DNA of 64,000 nucleotides from Octopus bimaculoides (Eukaryota). Shown here one piece after another: positions 26,214-39,672 of this stretch (position 1 is its first letter; each line of letters begins with the position of its first letter). The translations under genes were made by a program, and so were the position numbers. A model generated the notes under the pieces. That model searched no databases, was not told the origin of the DNA, and saw only the letters and a list, made by a program, of their open reading frames with translations. The stretch lies in the NCBI RefSeq assembly GCF_001194135.2, contig NC_068985.1, forward strand, positions 21,044,835 to 21,108,834, in the 5' to 3' direction.

Positions 26214-27059
26214 TCTCCAAAAGTTGTTTTAATTAGTCAGGATATTCTTGTAGATTAGACAAGGAAGCCTCACCATTATGGCAGCAATTAAATGCTTCCT
26301 GTGGAAATCTACGTTCATGACAGTGCAAGCATATTACATTCATCTCATGAATCGTAAATTGAGAATTTTGTTGTTTTTTTATTATATTCCAGCTTCTTAT
26401 TTGAGCTCTGTCTGAAATAAGATAACTCTGTTTCATCTTCCATATTTTTCTTTCTTTCTTGAACTCCGTTTCTCATATCTTGAAGGTATTTCTGCCTTTC
26501 ATCTTCATCCATATGTTCCCTTCTTTCTTGAACTCTGTTTCTCATATTTTCTAAGTACAGTTGCCTTTGCTCTTGACTAATGTGTTCTCGATTCTGTTGA
26601 TCTCCATCTCTCTTATTTCGAAAATACACTTCTCTNNNNNNNNNNGCTGGGAGAAATGCTTAGCAGTATTTCATCTGTCTTTACATTCAGAGTTTCTCAC
26701 CTATGCTGTAAGATACACTCCCTCTCCTCTTGGCTTATTTTGTTTCTTCTCTGTCTCATCCTCACACGACTTTGATTCCTTATTTCCTCCCACTGTTCCT
26801 CACACAACCACTCTTTCCTTCTATGCTGACACACTCATGCTGTGTCCCTCATGCAATTATCCATATTTTAAAACTTGTTATTAAAATCGTTATTAAAACA
26901 ATAAATCTCTAATATGATTCAGAGTGTTCCATATATGAATGTGTTAATTTTTGTTTGAAAGGTGAAAATATTTCTGAAATACTCACCTAATATGCAAGGA
27001 AACAGTATAAAGGATAGGGTAATTAATTATATTGTAGGGAAGTAAACAGTAAAGGGAAA

Positions 27060-27570
27060 AAATAGAATTAATATTTTTGATTTTGTTCGGCTCTATGAAT
27101 TAAAGGTTTTAAATGCCTTCGTCAATTGCTTGATACAAGAAAAATGAAATTGGAAAAATCCTGATCAAAACAGAAATTCTAACTTAACAAAAAATATAGG
27201 AAGAGAAAGTTGCGTTTATTTCCACCATGCAACACTTATTATCGCACACATATACACACACACACATTCATGTGTGTGTGTGTGTGTGCCTTATTTTTTG
27301 TTTATTTATACACATCAACAAATGAGTCGATTGAACAACTTTGTGTGGTTGTTTAATTTGCCAGAAATAACAGCTAATTCTCTATTATACTATGCTCTTG
27401 TTAGTATTAAGGAAAGGGAAAGAATAGAATTAATATTTTTGATTTTGTTTGGCTCTATGAATCTAATTTTTTTTAAATGCTTTCGTCCATTACTTGATAC
27501 CAGAAAAAAGTAATTGGAAAAATCCTGACCAAAACAGAGAAATTGTAACTTAACAAAAAATATATAGAAA
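27060..27570 (+). repeat. Diverged direct repeat, about 145 bp (about 27060-27205 and 27415-27570)
   Basis: Shared attaatatttttgattttgtt.ggctctatgaat...ggaaaaatcctga.caaaacaga...aacttaacaaaaaatata. Confidence 0.8.
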
Positions 27571-27721
27571 GAGAAAGAAAAGGTTGTATTCGAAAGCCAA
27601 AAGATGTTTTTTTAGCTGAAGTGTAATTTTATAATTAAAACAAATTCAAATTTCGGAACATTAGACTTAACATGTTATCTGGTGTATGACTGAATTCAAA
27701 TGGGTAGAAGACCTAAAATAA

Positions 27722-27791
<70 letters not shown>

Positions 27792-28157
27792 GTGTGCACG
27801 CATGTGTGTATGTGTGGTTGGGCCTTTAATGGCCAGGGTCAATTTCAGTTCAATCGTAGAAAGGAATTCAAATAATCAGCCACTCCAAAAAGACAGTTTC
27901 AAGCTGTCATCTCTCATTCTCTCTCTTTCTCTCTCACTTCCTCTCTCCCTTGCTTGACACAAGCATCAAATTTAGGTATCTTAATTTTCTCATTCAGATC
28001 GTTTGCTGCTTTGGTGGCTCAGTAGGCATGGGTATTGAGAAGTAGTGATACCACACATAGGTGGTGGTTTCAAATCTCTTCCAGAAATTACAAGAGATCT
28101 AGTTAAAAATTTTTATTTAAGCAGCAAAATTTCTTTCAACAATTTCTTTCTCTTCAG

Positions 28158-28174
28158 CGTGACACACATGTCAG
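28158..28174 (+). CDS. Candidate 17-nt micro-exon (CGTGACACACATGTCAG)
   Basis: Strong acceptor aatttctttctcttcag directly followed by strong donor CAG|gtatgt. The phase 2-1 reading VTHMS would join the 35062 exon in frame. Confidence 0.35.
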
Positions 28175-28734
28175 GTATGTACAAAAATCAAATTGGCATA
28201 TTAATATTATTGATGTTTTATTCTATGTCATCATCATCATCAAAGCTAAGCAATAGTGGACAAATTAATTCTAAGTTTTTTACCTTCAAGAGTGGAAAAA
28301 AACTGACGAAAAGTGAAACCTTCCTCAAATTTCACCCAAACATTTTAACCAAAAAAAAAAAAAAGATAAATTGGACAGTGTAACTTTTGATACATAAAAA
28401 GACAGGATAGCCATGCAAGAATACCTGTGACATAGGATTATTCTGGAGCTAAACAACAACAAGCTGTTAAGCATAGCATATATCAGTAGTAGTAACAGTA
28501 TGCCAGCAACATTACAGCAGCTGAAGCAGGTGACTTTGTACTCAAGAAGCCAAGTGACAATTTCAACCCTGAACTTAATTAGTAAAGCATGTGAACACTT
28601 TCAATTTCCCATCAGTTGTCTGAGAGATCAGTTAGCATGAAACTCGGAGTAGTGACCAAGTGAAACTGTAGCATTTAGTAAATAATTTTATTTTTAGGTA
28701 TGAATTACTTATTCACTTCTGTTTCCAGTTACAC

Positions 28735-28773
<39 letters not shown>

Positions 28774-30987
28774 ACGCACGTGCGTGTGCATGTGTGTGTG
28801 TGAAGAGGAGAGGTAATAGATATCATTTATGTGAAAGAGTATTATCTGTGCCAGTATGCTGGTAATGAATGAACGGCCATCAGAGAAGGAATTTCATTGG
28901 TGAATAACTACATGATCTAGATTATATTTCACAGTAGTGGCAGAAGTGATAACTATGTTAAATGGATGTTTGAATTTAGAACACTGATTGGATGTGATGT
29001 CAGTACGAGAGTATATTTTAGTTGATAGTGACTCGACATCAAAACATATTGGAGCAACTGCTTGTGATTTGTGATTTCAAATCTACTACTGGTGTTTGGT
29101 TTCATTGCAAGATAGGAACTAATATTGCATACCTCACTTCATATATCACTGGAAACAAGTATCAAATCTTCAGAAAATGTTGGCTACATTCCATTTGTAT
29201 CTATTTATGAGCCCTATTATTCATGTATGTGTGTGTCAACATGGTCAGAACAACGGCAGTTCAAAATCATTTTTACATAAATTCTTTTTCAGGCTGACAT
29301 AAATGAAGTACATCTGTAAACTTATCCCTAAAGGTTTCAATAAATTTCCAGACACAGCTGTAGTGTGTATGACTTAGAATCTTGGCTCTTTAAGCTGTGG
29401 TTAACAAGGACTTCATACAAGACTGGACATAAAAGAGTACCACCCTTTACACTGAATTACCTAAATGATATCTTACATAAAACAACTTAAGCTTCATACA
29501 AAATGCTTTAATGTAATCATTTTCTTCATAAAAAATGCATAGATGACACTATCTAATAAACACATGATAGGAACTCAGCCTTTTAGCATCCACTTTTACC
29601 ATGCTTGCATAGAAACAGAATTTACAGAAGCAGATTTTCTACAGCCAGGTTCCATTTCCAAGCAAGGTAATATATGCTCATAGCCAGACGTGTTTTTCAT
29701 GAAAGACTGGAAATAAACAACATCCTTATATGATGGTGTCACTCATTTAGAATTATCATAAAGAATGGACTTCATTCAGTTTCCATCTATTAAGTCCACT
29801 CAAGTAAAATGATGAAAAGTACGCCAGATCTATCAAAGGTTGTAATAACCCTGTTTGGAACTCCAGCTTATAAATCACTGTTTTACAAATTCTATAAAAG
29901 AATACTTTATACATACTATATCCACAAACTACTGACTCGACAAATAAAAGTAATGAAAGTGAAAAGTAATCTAGACACTTGAGTAGCATGGTTCATGACT
30001 ATAATCTTCTTCAACCACTTCCTTCTTTTGCAATTGCACACTGAGCCACACACAACTGCCAAACTCATCAGCAGTGCTCCAGAACACTACACCAACATCT
30101 TAGAATTACTGTCTCTATTTGATCTCAAACATAAGCCAAAACTCCACATACACACTAAAATAAGTGTATACAAATTATGCCTGAAAACCTGTAGATGCTG
30201 TCCCTCCTCCAAACAAAAAAACATGGTTTCTGTTGACATTGATGTAAATGTTGCACATCCAATGGATTGTTCTCAAGTCATTTCTTGGCAGCTGCTTCTC
30301 TCACAAATTATTTGGTTCAGAGAAAAACGTGAATATTGAAAGTGTTCTTTGATTCATTCATTCCATCTTTTTTTTTTTTTTCTTTTTTCTTTAGTTAATT
30401 CTCATCACACTCACAGAAGATTTCTGTTAGTGAACAATCACTGAAGGAAAATAAGATTGCTGTCTATCAAATTAAAATTATCTGTATGAATTATTCTGAT
30501 TCAATAAAATATCTGACTCCTAGGTGAAAATTATGTAATCTAAATTACTGTGATGTTAATTTGAACAACACAACATTTTCTTGCATAAGGATTATTTCAC
30601 ACCTTTCTAATTCTTATTCATTGATTTCTTTAAGTCGCTTAAAGAATTTATTCTAGTCACATTAGATGTTTGGTAACACAAAATTTATCCTGGTTAACAA
30701 TGCAATTCTCAGCTTAGGTTAATAGTTTATGTTGTAATAAAACAGGCTTAGAAGTAAGACACAAAGGAGAACTAAGATGGATGAAAGTTAAAAGATATTT
30801 CTGTTCGGTGAAACTTCCAAACATCACAAGATGGTGTCTCATATAATAGGAGACAGAAGAAAGAGAACTATTTTATAGAGGACAGCTGGGCATTTTTAAT
30901 AAACAGTGTATTGCACGCTGCTAACAAATATTGTAGATGGAACAAAATTCCAGCTCAGTAGGATTCTAAGTGCAGGATAGGATTTTA

Positions 30988-31348
30988 GGTGCAGATGTGG
31001 TAAGAATTTTACTCTTAACCATATGGTTCTGGGTTCAGTCTCACTGTGTGGCACCTTGGACAAGTGTCTTCTACTCACAGCCTTGTGGGTGGATTTGATA
31101 GACATAAACTGAAAGCCCATCTTGTGTGTGTGTTTGTGTTTGTGTCTCTGTTTGTTCCCCACCACTGATTGACAACCAGTGTTGATTTGTTTGTCCTCAC
31201 AACTTAGTTGTTCAACAAAAGAGACTGATAGAATAAGTACCAGACTTGAAAAAAAAAACAAGTGCTGGGGTTGATTCATTCAACTAAAAATTCTTCAAAG
31301 TGATGCCCCAGCATGGCCGTAGTCTATTGACTGAAACAAATAAGAAAA
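30988..31348 (+). mobile_element. SINE family A
   Basis: Head, central (GT)n and tail collinear with other copies. Confidence 0.85.
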
Positions 31349-31428
31349 AATGTCTGGGAGAAGTGTTAGGAATGGGTAGCAAGGAACGATATCAAAAAGC
31401 TACTGAGATAGCAAAATATTAGATATAT

Positions 31429-31835
31429 AGGCACATGTGTGGCTGTGTGGTAAAAAGCTTGCTTCCCAACCACATGGTTCTGGGTTCAGTCCCACTATGT
31501 GGCCCCTTGGGCAAGTGTCTTCTACTACTAGCCTTGGACTATCCAAGCAGATTTGGAAACTGGAAGAAGTGTGTGTGTGTGTATGTATGTATTTGTGTGT
31601 GCACGTCTATGTTTACTCCCTCCTCACCCCTGCCATCGCTTGACAACCGATACTGGTGTGTTTATGTCCCCATAACTTAGCAGTTCAGCAAAAGAGACCA
31701 ATAGAATAAGTACTAGACTTACTAGACTTACTAGACTTACAAAGAATAAGTCCTGGGGTCGATTTCTTCAACTAAAGCGGTGCTCCAGCATGGCTGCAGT
31801 CAAATGACTGAAACAAGTAAAAAGTAGAAAAAAGA
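31429..31835 (+). mobile_element. SINE family A with internal 9-bp triplication (tagacttac)
   Basis: Collinear with other copies. Tandem tagacttac x3 at about 31712-31740. Confidence 0.85.
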
Positions 31836-33507
31836 GAATCTAATGATGAGAAAAACTAAGAGCAGAGGATTTGCTAACACTCTGCAGCATGAGGATGAAT
31901 GTCATTAAGTATTCTTGGAACAGAAGTATATTTACCAAAACAAGTGTTCTTCTTTTCAGTGGTAGTGAAAAGAAAGAGGTATGGAATGGTTACTATGAGT
32001 TGTTGTATGAATAAGATTGTGAAAAACTACTCCAAGAGGTTTCATTTTTGTATTTGGTTTGCAAGATCCTTGATGTGATCTCATGTGTTGAAACATATTT
32101 TCTTGTATCTTGTGTGTTTATTTCTGGCATAATGACCCTCCTGAGATACAACAAAATGCTCCAATTGGAATTGACCAAATATTACTAGTTCATTGTGATA
32201 AAGACAAGGAAAACAACAATATATGCATCAGGATCAGTAGCTAAGATGTTGAAGGGGTCAGGCTGCATGCATCATATGCTATTAACTCAAATAATTGAGT
32301 AATGCAGGAAGATATTATTCCCAATGACAATATCATCGTTAACCCTTTTAAGGTCAGGCTTATTGACACAACATGCTTTCTTCCACTGAGGACGGATGTG
32401 GCTTATTGACACACAGCTAAATTCTGAAGAAGATGGATGTGGTATATAAGCCAAGTTTGCATTATAAGCTATTTGAATTATTATCATATTGTGGGATTTT
32501 GTTTTCTTTTTTTGCATCCTACACGAAAATACTTGCTATTTATACCTACCCTTAAAGGATTAATTGCTTCAGAGCAAAGGTAGTGTACTGGAAAGGAACG
32601 ATTAAAGAAACCTCAAACTGATGCACTAAGTCTTGAAGATAGCTGAAAGATTTTTAATCAAAGTTAATCCAGTTTAGCATTGATAAAATGCAATTTTGGT
32701 TTGTACCAAATCACAGAATCTCAGATACCATATCTCTAATGACAGAAAAACAACTGTTTACATTTAGCGTTCAGGAAATATGCTGTAGTCTGGTTTGTGA
32801 AGGAAACCAAGTATGAAATTTTGTGTATTCACAGGTATTCAACAAGGTTTTTGATGAACTTGTTCTCATAATAGAATCTGACAAAGAATTTACTAACAAA
32901 GTTCCAAGCCTGTTCTACAGTCCAATAATCTGAAGGTAAAGAGAGCAAAAGACAAGTTAATCAGTTTATGAAAGGTAAAATGGTATCTCTGGTACCCTAA
33001 CTGAGAAGGAAAACTTCAAATATACCAGCTTTACAGAAATAATTATTGCTATGGATTCTCATAAAACAAAGTTCCTAGATTGTTCAGATAACTCTCTGGA
33101 AAGAGTAAATAGTTTTGACTTTAGCCTTAAAGTCAAAAACCTGATAACACGGCAGGCTTCTTTTTTTTTTTGTTCACTCTATAATCCAAATACACAAAAA
33201 AGGCATGAAATTATCTAAATGATTTTTAATAAGAAAAAGACATAAAAGAAATGACTGAGCTTAATGCATAAATTTGAAATATTGGTTGTCAGATGTCAAC
33301 TGAATATTATCCTCAAAATTTAACGTCTGTTTTTCATGCTGGCATGGGTTGCATGGTTTGATATATCCCAGTGAGTCACAGGGCTGCATCATGTTCCATT
33401 TGAATAAAGTATCAAAGAAGAGTGAGAGAATAGGAATAAAATAGTTATATTGTTAATTGCATGAGCATGAGAGCTTTGTTGCATTATGACTATCAAATAC
33501 GTCATAC

Positions 33508-33786
33508 TTATCTTTTATCTTTTACTTGTTTCAGTCATTAGACTGCAGCCATGCTGGGACATCACCTTAAAGAAAGCTTTTAATCAAATGAATCAATCCC
33601 AGCACAGATTTATTTTTTAAGCTTAGTACTTATTCTATCAGTCTCTTTTGCCAAACCACTAAATTACAGCAATGTAAACACACCAACACCAAGTTGTCAA
33701 GTAGTGGTGGAGAANNNNNNNNNNNNNNNNNNNNNNNNNNNNNNNNNNNNNNNNNNNNNNNNNNNNNNNNNNNNNNNNNNNNNNNN

Positions 33787-33819
<33 letters not shown>

Positions 33820-33981
33820 GATGGAGTTCTTTCAGTTTCCATCAACTAAATTCACTCACAAAGCTTTGGTCAGCCTGTGGCTATACTTGAAGACACTTAC
33901 CAAAGGTGCCACACAGTAGGACTGAACCTGGAACTATGTGATTGGGAAGGAAGCATTTTACCGCACAGCCACACCTGCACC
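33508..33981 (-). mobile_element. SINE family A spanning a gap
   Basis: Reverse complement of the consensus on both sides of the N-run. Confidence 0.85.
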
Positions 33982-35061
33982 TACTTATACATTTTCCATA
34001 AATAACTTGTGATGTTATTTTTGTCAAGAGAGAATTTGAAAGCCTAAAATTTACACTCACGCAACAGGTTAGCAAAGAAAATGCCAATTATCAGGGATTT
34101 TTTTCTTTTTAGTTGCTTTTAGAAATGAAAATAGAATTAATGTTATAGTTTTTATTCAGTGAGTTTGAAGGAAAGAAGAGAAAATAATAAAGTTGGATTA
34201 CCTGCCTCACTGACTTCTAAATATAATTATTATAGTTAATGATAATAGTTTGCATCAGCAAATATAGAAGTGGGCTTTTTCGGTAAAAGTTGTTATCTAA
34301 AATGTTTCTCCTTCAACAAGATTTTTGTATTTTGTACAATTGGAAAATAAGAATCTGCTGCTGAAAGAACATCTTTCATTGACTACTTAAGCTACTTACA
34401 CAAAAACATGCCTTGATTTTGTTCTTTTAAACTATGATTATATTTATAATGAATCAATGATCTGGAAGATTATTCAAATATTTGTTACTTAAGCATTTTG
34501 TATTACTCTGAAAATACACAACAAATACTGTTTTAAATAAAACAAAAAACACTGTCTTTTTTTTGTTTTTCATTTCTATTAAGCAGATTATTCAACTATA
34601 TATGTATATGTAATAAAATCAGTCACATTTTCTATATTGTATCCAGATTGTTTTGGAAAACTACATCTAAAAATGTAAATTATGACAGTAATAATTTTTT
34701 TACAAATCACAAAACATTTATTTGCTTTTTGGAAGGGAAGACATGGCACTTATTTGCTGAAATATATAATTTATTATCAACATCAATACTGGAAATCCTG
34801 TTACTTGAAATGTGGGACATTTAAAATCTACTGAAAATATATTTCTGTACAAATTGACATTTTAAAAACATTTTACTGTTTGTTGTCAAGTATTACTTTT
34901 GAACATGTATTATGATTTTTTTTTTAATCTAATTATTTTCATTAGTTTCCTTTCTTTTATGCATGTCCTTCAAACATCACTAATATATTCAGTCTTCTTC
35001 CATCGAGATTCACTATATATTTTCTCAACTTAAATATCTCTGTATGCCATGCACATTTCAG

Positions 35062-35211
35062 TTGTTCATAGCCCAAAGAGCCGAAGAAAGAAGTTGAACT
35101 CCCGGATGAAAAGCTTTTCATTGGATACACCAGACCCACCTAAGCAACTTCTAGCTATTGATGAAACCACCAAAAAGAAAAGTAGTTCATTTTCAAACAC
35201 TTATCTTGGAG
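35062..35211 (+). CDS. Stac: Internal coding exon of STAC/Dstac-like gene (phase 1-1, 150 nt): VHSPKSRRKKLNSRMKSFSLDTPDPPKQLLAIDETTKKKSSSFSNTYLG
   Basis: catttcag acceptor and GAG|gtagta donor (weak). Open frame. The SPxxRRxKLNxRMKSxSLD motif resembles the linker motif I recall from invertebrate Dstac-like proteins. Phase fits the next exon. Confidence 0.8.
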
Positions 35212-35367
35212 GTAGTAATTCATTATTTTCATCCATAAAATGTTGTCTGTTCATGTTCCTCACCTATTCACTAGATTGCACACTGTTTCTCTCATGCTCA
35301 AACAGTCTGTATGAGTATGCATTAATGTATAGGTCTTATTGCAGATAATTTCAGCAATTCATAACAA

Positions 35368-35424
<57 letters not shown>
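35368..35424. repeat. (GTA)n microsatellite
   Basis: Direct reading, about 160 bp downstream of the 35062 exon. Confidence 0.95.
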
Positions 35425-37759
35425 CATTGATGGTTGTAGAAATATTGGTGGGAAGTCATTATTTCAACAGCTGTACCACATAAAAGGGAACAACCAATAA
35501 CAAATTAACATATTTCTTCAGTGAGATAATTTACAAATTCATTTCACATTAAACCAGTTTTACATATATATTTATCAGTAAATTAAAATTTATGACATAT
35601 ACCTAAGTATTTCAGCATGCTCTGGAGTAGGCAGTAAATATTAATAACATGAATTATCAACAAAAAGGTCTTATCATTATGAGACAATATATAAAAATAT
35701 TTTCACAACACAAACTATTTACTTACACATATATTTTTTTATAATTACTACTATTTTATACACCTACATGAACAAAACATGCATCTGAAAATTATTTCAA
35801 TCATTTGAGACAATGTAACACAGACAAACATTCATCACTCTATAATAGCACTGAACAAAAAAGGCAAATCTTCCTTTTGTTTTGATCCTATATTTAATGA
35901 ATTCTGGAACTTTACTCAAAACCTTAAAGCTTTTCACATAGTTTAATATTATGGTTAGTTGGAAGGTATAGAGGAAATGTATCTGTCTAGCAACAAAATA
36001 TTAACCATTCTATATAGTGGAATCCATACATCAAATAAAATTTTGACAACGGACTGAAAATCATTTATTTTTGTATATGATCCTTAATATTCTAGTTTTA
36101 GTTCAAAGTAGGCACTACCTTCCTCGCTGACATGGGAAGCATGTTCCTAGTTATACATATATGTTTATATATACACTGATTAGGAAATTATTTTTCTACA
36201 TACAAGTAATTATGAATTTGTGTAAAAATATAACTTGCAAAAGATTGGTGTGTATCCTTACCTTTCCTTGGCATTTTATTAAACCTACTATATCTTCTAT
36301 GTTCTATTCAGATAGATGACATCACACATATAAATTTACTATACTGTGACATATTAATACTGACATTCCAACTGCTTGAGAGAGAAAATGCAACTGAAGT
36401 CATTCTTTGTTATACTGCGGCAATATATTTTATGATAGCCCAAACTCTACTAAACTATAGTAACTCCTGCAATACTTGTAACTAGCACACTTCTTTACAA
36501 ATTTTCTCAAAATCTATAAAGTTATCTTTATATAATCATCATTTAGATAGCTGGAACCTTGGAGGAAATATAAATTTGATAAACAGTTATTTTTATTATA
36601 ATGCAGTATTTCCATTATTGCTTGATCTTTCCAAATAAAACATTACAAGCTTTTTATGAGAAGTAGATCTAGGTTCAGATAACCAAAACTATTATTCAAA
36701 ATAGAAACAAAAATAGTTTACCTAACATAAAAGCTAACGGGGATAAAATTAATGTATTATATCATTAGATAATTATTCAAAACTTTACATTGAAAACTTT
36801 CTAAGATAACTCGAAGAGTAGGACTGATGTCAAAGTGACTTGTTACTAAAGGAGAGATTTATTATTATCATTGTTTTCAAGTTTAACTGGGATTACAAGG
36901 TTACAATCATGTATTTTAAATCCATAAGTGAAATCCATCATTAACACAGGGTAATTATGCAATTTAATATAATATACAACAAAAGAAAGCTGTTGAGAAG
37001 ACCCCACAATACCTTACTTTTATCAGTTGATATTTGAATCATAATTTCATACAAAATATTTGAGAAAGTTAATACAAGGTAACAAAATAGATGTCTTGGC
37101 TTGATGCATACTCTTCAGATGGTGTTAGTAATTTTGTTTTTCAACTCATGATTCAGTTTCCATTTCTTTCAATTAAATATGCAAATTTTTATCTTTACAC
37201 TAATTCATGCAACCTACTAATGTTGTCTATCACTTTACACCTTCTTTCCTTTTTAAAACTTCTTATTCAAATCATTTCTTACAGTCATTTCTCTTTTATC
37301 ACTACATGAATCCCAATATATTTGACTTCGGCTATTTTAATATCATTAATACTACTTTTTTTATCAATTTAATTTATTTTGTCTATTTCTTTTTTATGTC
37401 TGTCTGCTTCTTAATCATGTTTATTTATTTTTTTTCTAGCACTGCTTATATCACCAAAGTCCTTAATGTTTGCTTTCTCCTCCACAATGATCTTCACTAG
37501 CAACACTGCTACCACTACCTCTGCTACTAACACTTCCTACTCTTCATTTTTATTACTATTATCACCAACAATCTTGCTTCCATTGTGCAATCAAAATGTA
37601 ATTTATTTTCTTATGTTGGTTTACGTTGAACAGTTGAAAGAGGTATTCTCAATTCATGATGCAGGAGATATGTTTTTCTTTTTATTGAAACTAGAACTTA
37701 CAGTTTCACATTACTGTGATCATCAAGTGAGTTCTCACCTGAAGATCACTATGGCATGA

Positions 37760-38200
37760 AACTTAAGTCATGAAACAGACTCCCAGTTTCAGAAGACTGA
37801 ATTGGATGCTAGAATTGCAGGTGCTGGTACAGTAATGCACCAGCTCCAGTATTCAATCTTCAGAAGAGAAAAGATTGATAAAAAAAACAGCCAAACTTGC
37901 CATCTCCAATTCAGTTTCCATGTCTATCCTTACCAATGGTCATGAATTTTAGATAATAACTGAAAACGTATGATTGTGAATACAAGTGACCAAAATGGAG
38001 TAATGTTATTGAACAGGATGCATACTTCAGTGAGATTCTTCCAGTTGAGCTGCTACTTCTTCACACTGAGAGGTCACAGCTCTGATGCTACAAATGTGTG
38101 ATTAGAATGTTGCAGGAAAGTATCACATGACAGATTTTTCAAGCTGAGCCAACTAGCAGGAGACCTACAGGTAGACCACAAACAAGACTGTTGACTAATA
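37760..38200 (+). mobile_element. Degraded RTE LINE 3' ORF fragment
   Basis: ELDARIAGAG.VMHQL, ILTNGHEF, ERSQL, RRP.GRP motifs across frames. Confidence 0.65.
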
Positions 38201-39066
38201 TCCATAGTCTCAGTCGGTCATTCCTGAGAAACCTACTGAAAAGTAATGACAGTTGTTTTTGATAGGACCCTATGGAGGAGGTGCCTGAGGACTCTACTCT
38301 CATGACCCACCCAGAAATAGTGAACGGAGAAGATAGATGGCTGGATTTTGGGGACTATATATGTAAAACCATTTCTCATTAAGCTGACAGATTGATAACT
38401 TTGAACATTTGGTACGTGTTGCAGTGCTAAGATGTCACATATATTCATGTATTCTTCTTGTTATTCTCCCGTCTATTCTTCTTGTTATCTTAAATAACTA
38501 TGTTTCTAAGGAGGACAATCTAATTATAAATATGAGCCATTTAATCATAAATTATGTAAAATTACTATAAATAATGCACATGTAGATGTGGGTGTATGTT
38601 TCACTGATGTGTGTCAGCAAAGAATGTATGCATCAGAGAGTAGAACTGGCGCCCTGTAAACAATGTTCTCTATGACTCTTTGTTCTAAACTGAATTACAC
38701 ACACACCTCTGTCACTTCATTTGCAATGGTGAGAACCAAGAGCCAGCCCTTTGAAATTTGTAATCAATTACTGTTTCTCACAAGTTGCAATATAAAAAGA
38801 AATTAAATGTAATAAACTTCCTCTATAAACGAGGCTGCTAGTAAAGAATATAAAAATATTGACATAAAATTAGTTAATAGATTTTGTTCAACCTGAAAGT
38901 GAATAAATGAAATGTTATATGCATGCATATGTAAGTGTGACATATCTGATATTAAATTCTGTCAATGAACTGTCCAGCCATAACCAACTTTGCTAACTGC
39001 TGGTAATGATTCATTTAAGTTTATTGATGCAAGAATTTATATAGATCTAAGTAATTCTTTTATATA

Positions 39067-39672
39067 GGTGCAGGAGTGGCTGTGTGGTAAGTAGCTTGCT
39101 TACCAACCACATGGTTCCAGATTCAGTCCCACTGCATGGCACTTTGGGCAAGTGTTTTCTACTATAGCCTCTGGCCGACCAAAACCTTGTGAGTGGATTT
39201 GGTAGACGGAAACTGAAAGAAGCCTGTCGTATATATGTATATGTATATATATGTGTGTGTGTGTTTGTGTGAAGGCACATGGCTCAGTGGTTAGAGCATC
39301 GAGCATACAATCGCAAGGTTGTGAGTTCAAATCCCGGACCGGGCTGCGTGTTGTGTTCTTGAGCAAGACACTTTATTTCACGTTGCTCCAGTTCACTGAG
39401 CTGTAGAAATGAGTTGCGACGTCACAGGTGCCAAGCTGTATCGCCCTTTTCCTTTCCCTTGGATAACACTGGTGGTGTGGAGAGGGAAGGCCGGTATGCA
39501 TGGGCGACTGCTGGTCTTCCATAAACAACCTTGCCCGGACTTGTGCCTCGGAGGGTAACTTTCTAGGTGCAGTCCCATGGTCAGTCATAACCGAAGGGGG
39601 TCTCAGCTCAGTGTCTGTGTTTGTCCCCCCAACATCACTTGACAACCGATGCTGGTGTGTTTACGTCTCCGT
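39067..39672 (+). mobile_element. SINE family A split by a family B SINE
   Basis: Head 39067-39273, resumes at 39611 (gtgtctgtgtttgtccccccaac). Confidence 0.88.
39274..39610 (+). mobile_element. tRNA-derived SINE family B, young copy
   Basis: A box tggctcagtggtt, B box gagttcaaatcc, CpG-rich body, short tandem tail ctcagctca. Confidence 0.85.

Larger units (their letters stand above)
25694..26920 (-). mobile_element. Internally deleted Helitron: repeat-rich N-terminus, Zn-finger motif and 3' terminus
   Basis: MNVICLHCHERRFPQEAFNCCHNGEASL matches the RepHel N-terminal CxxC..CC motif. R/E/Q-rich repeats upstream. 3' hairpin tgtgaatttttcacgg followed by CTAG|T at 25694. Confidence 0.8.

Noticed and set aside
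37091-37500. Hydrophobic ORFs (e.g. 37207-37500) resembling membrane proteins
   Set aside because: They arise from T-rich low-complexity intron sequence (F/I/L/Y bias) with no motif.
38641-38665. aactggcgccc as an LTR primer-binding site
   Set aside because: The match is too short and there is no adjacent LTR or gag sequence.
39274-39345. tRNA-like sequences with A and B boxes (also at 12080-12153 and SINE A heads)
   Set aside because: They continue directly into SINE bodies and lack a clean cloverleaf and terminator. These are SINE heads, not tRNA genes.
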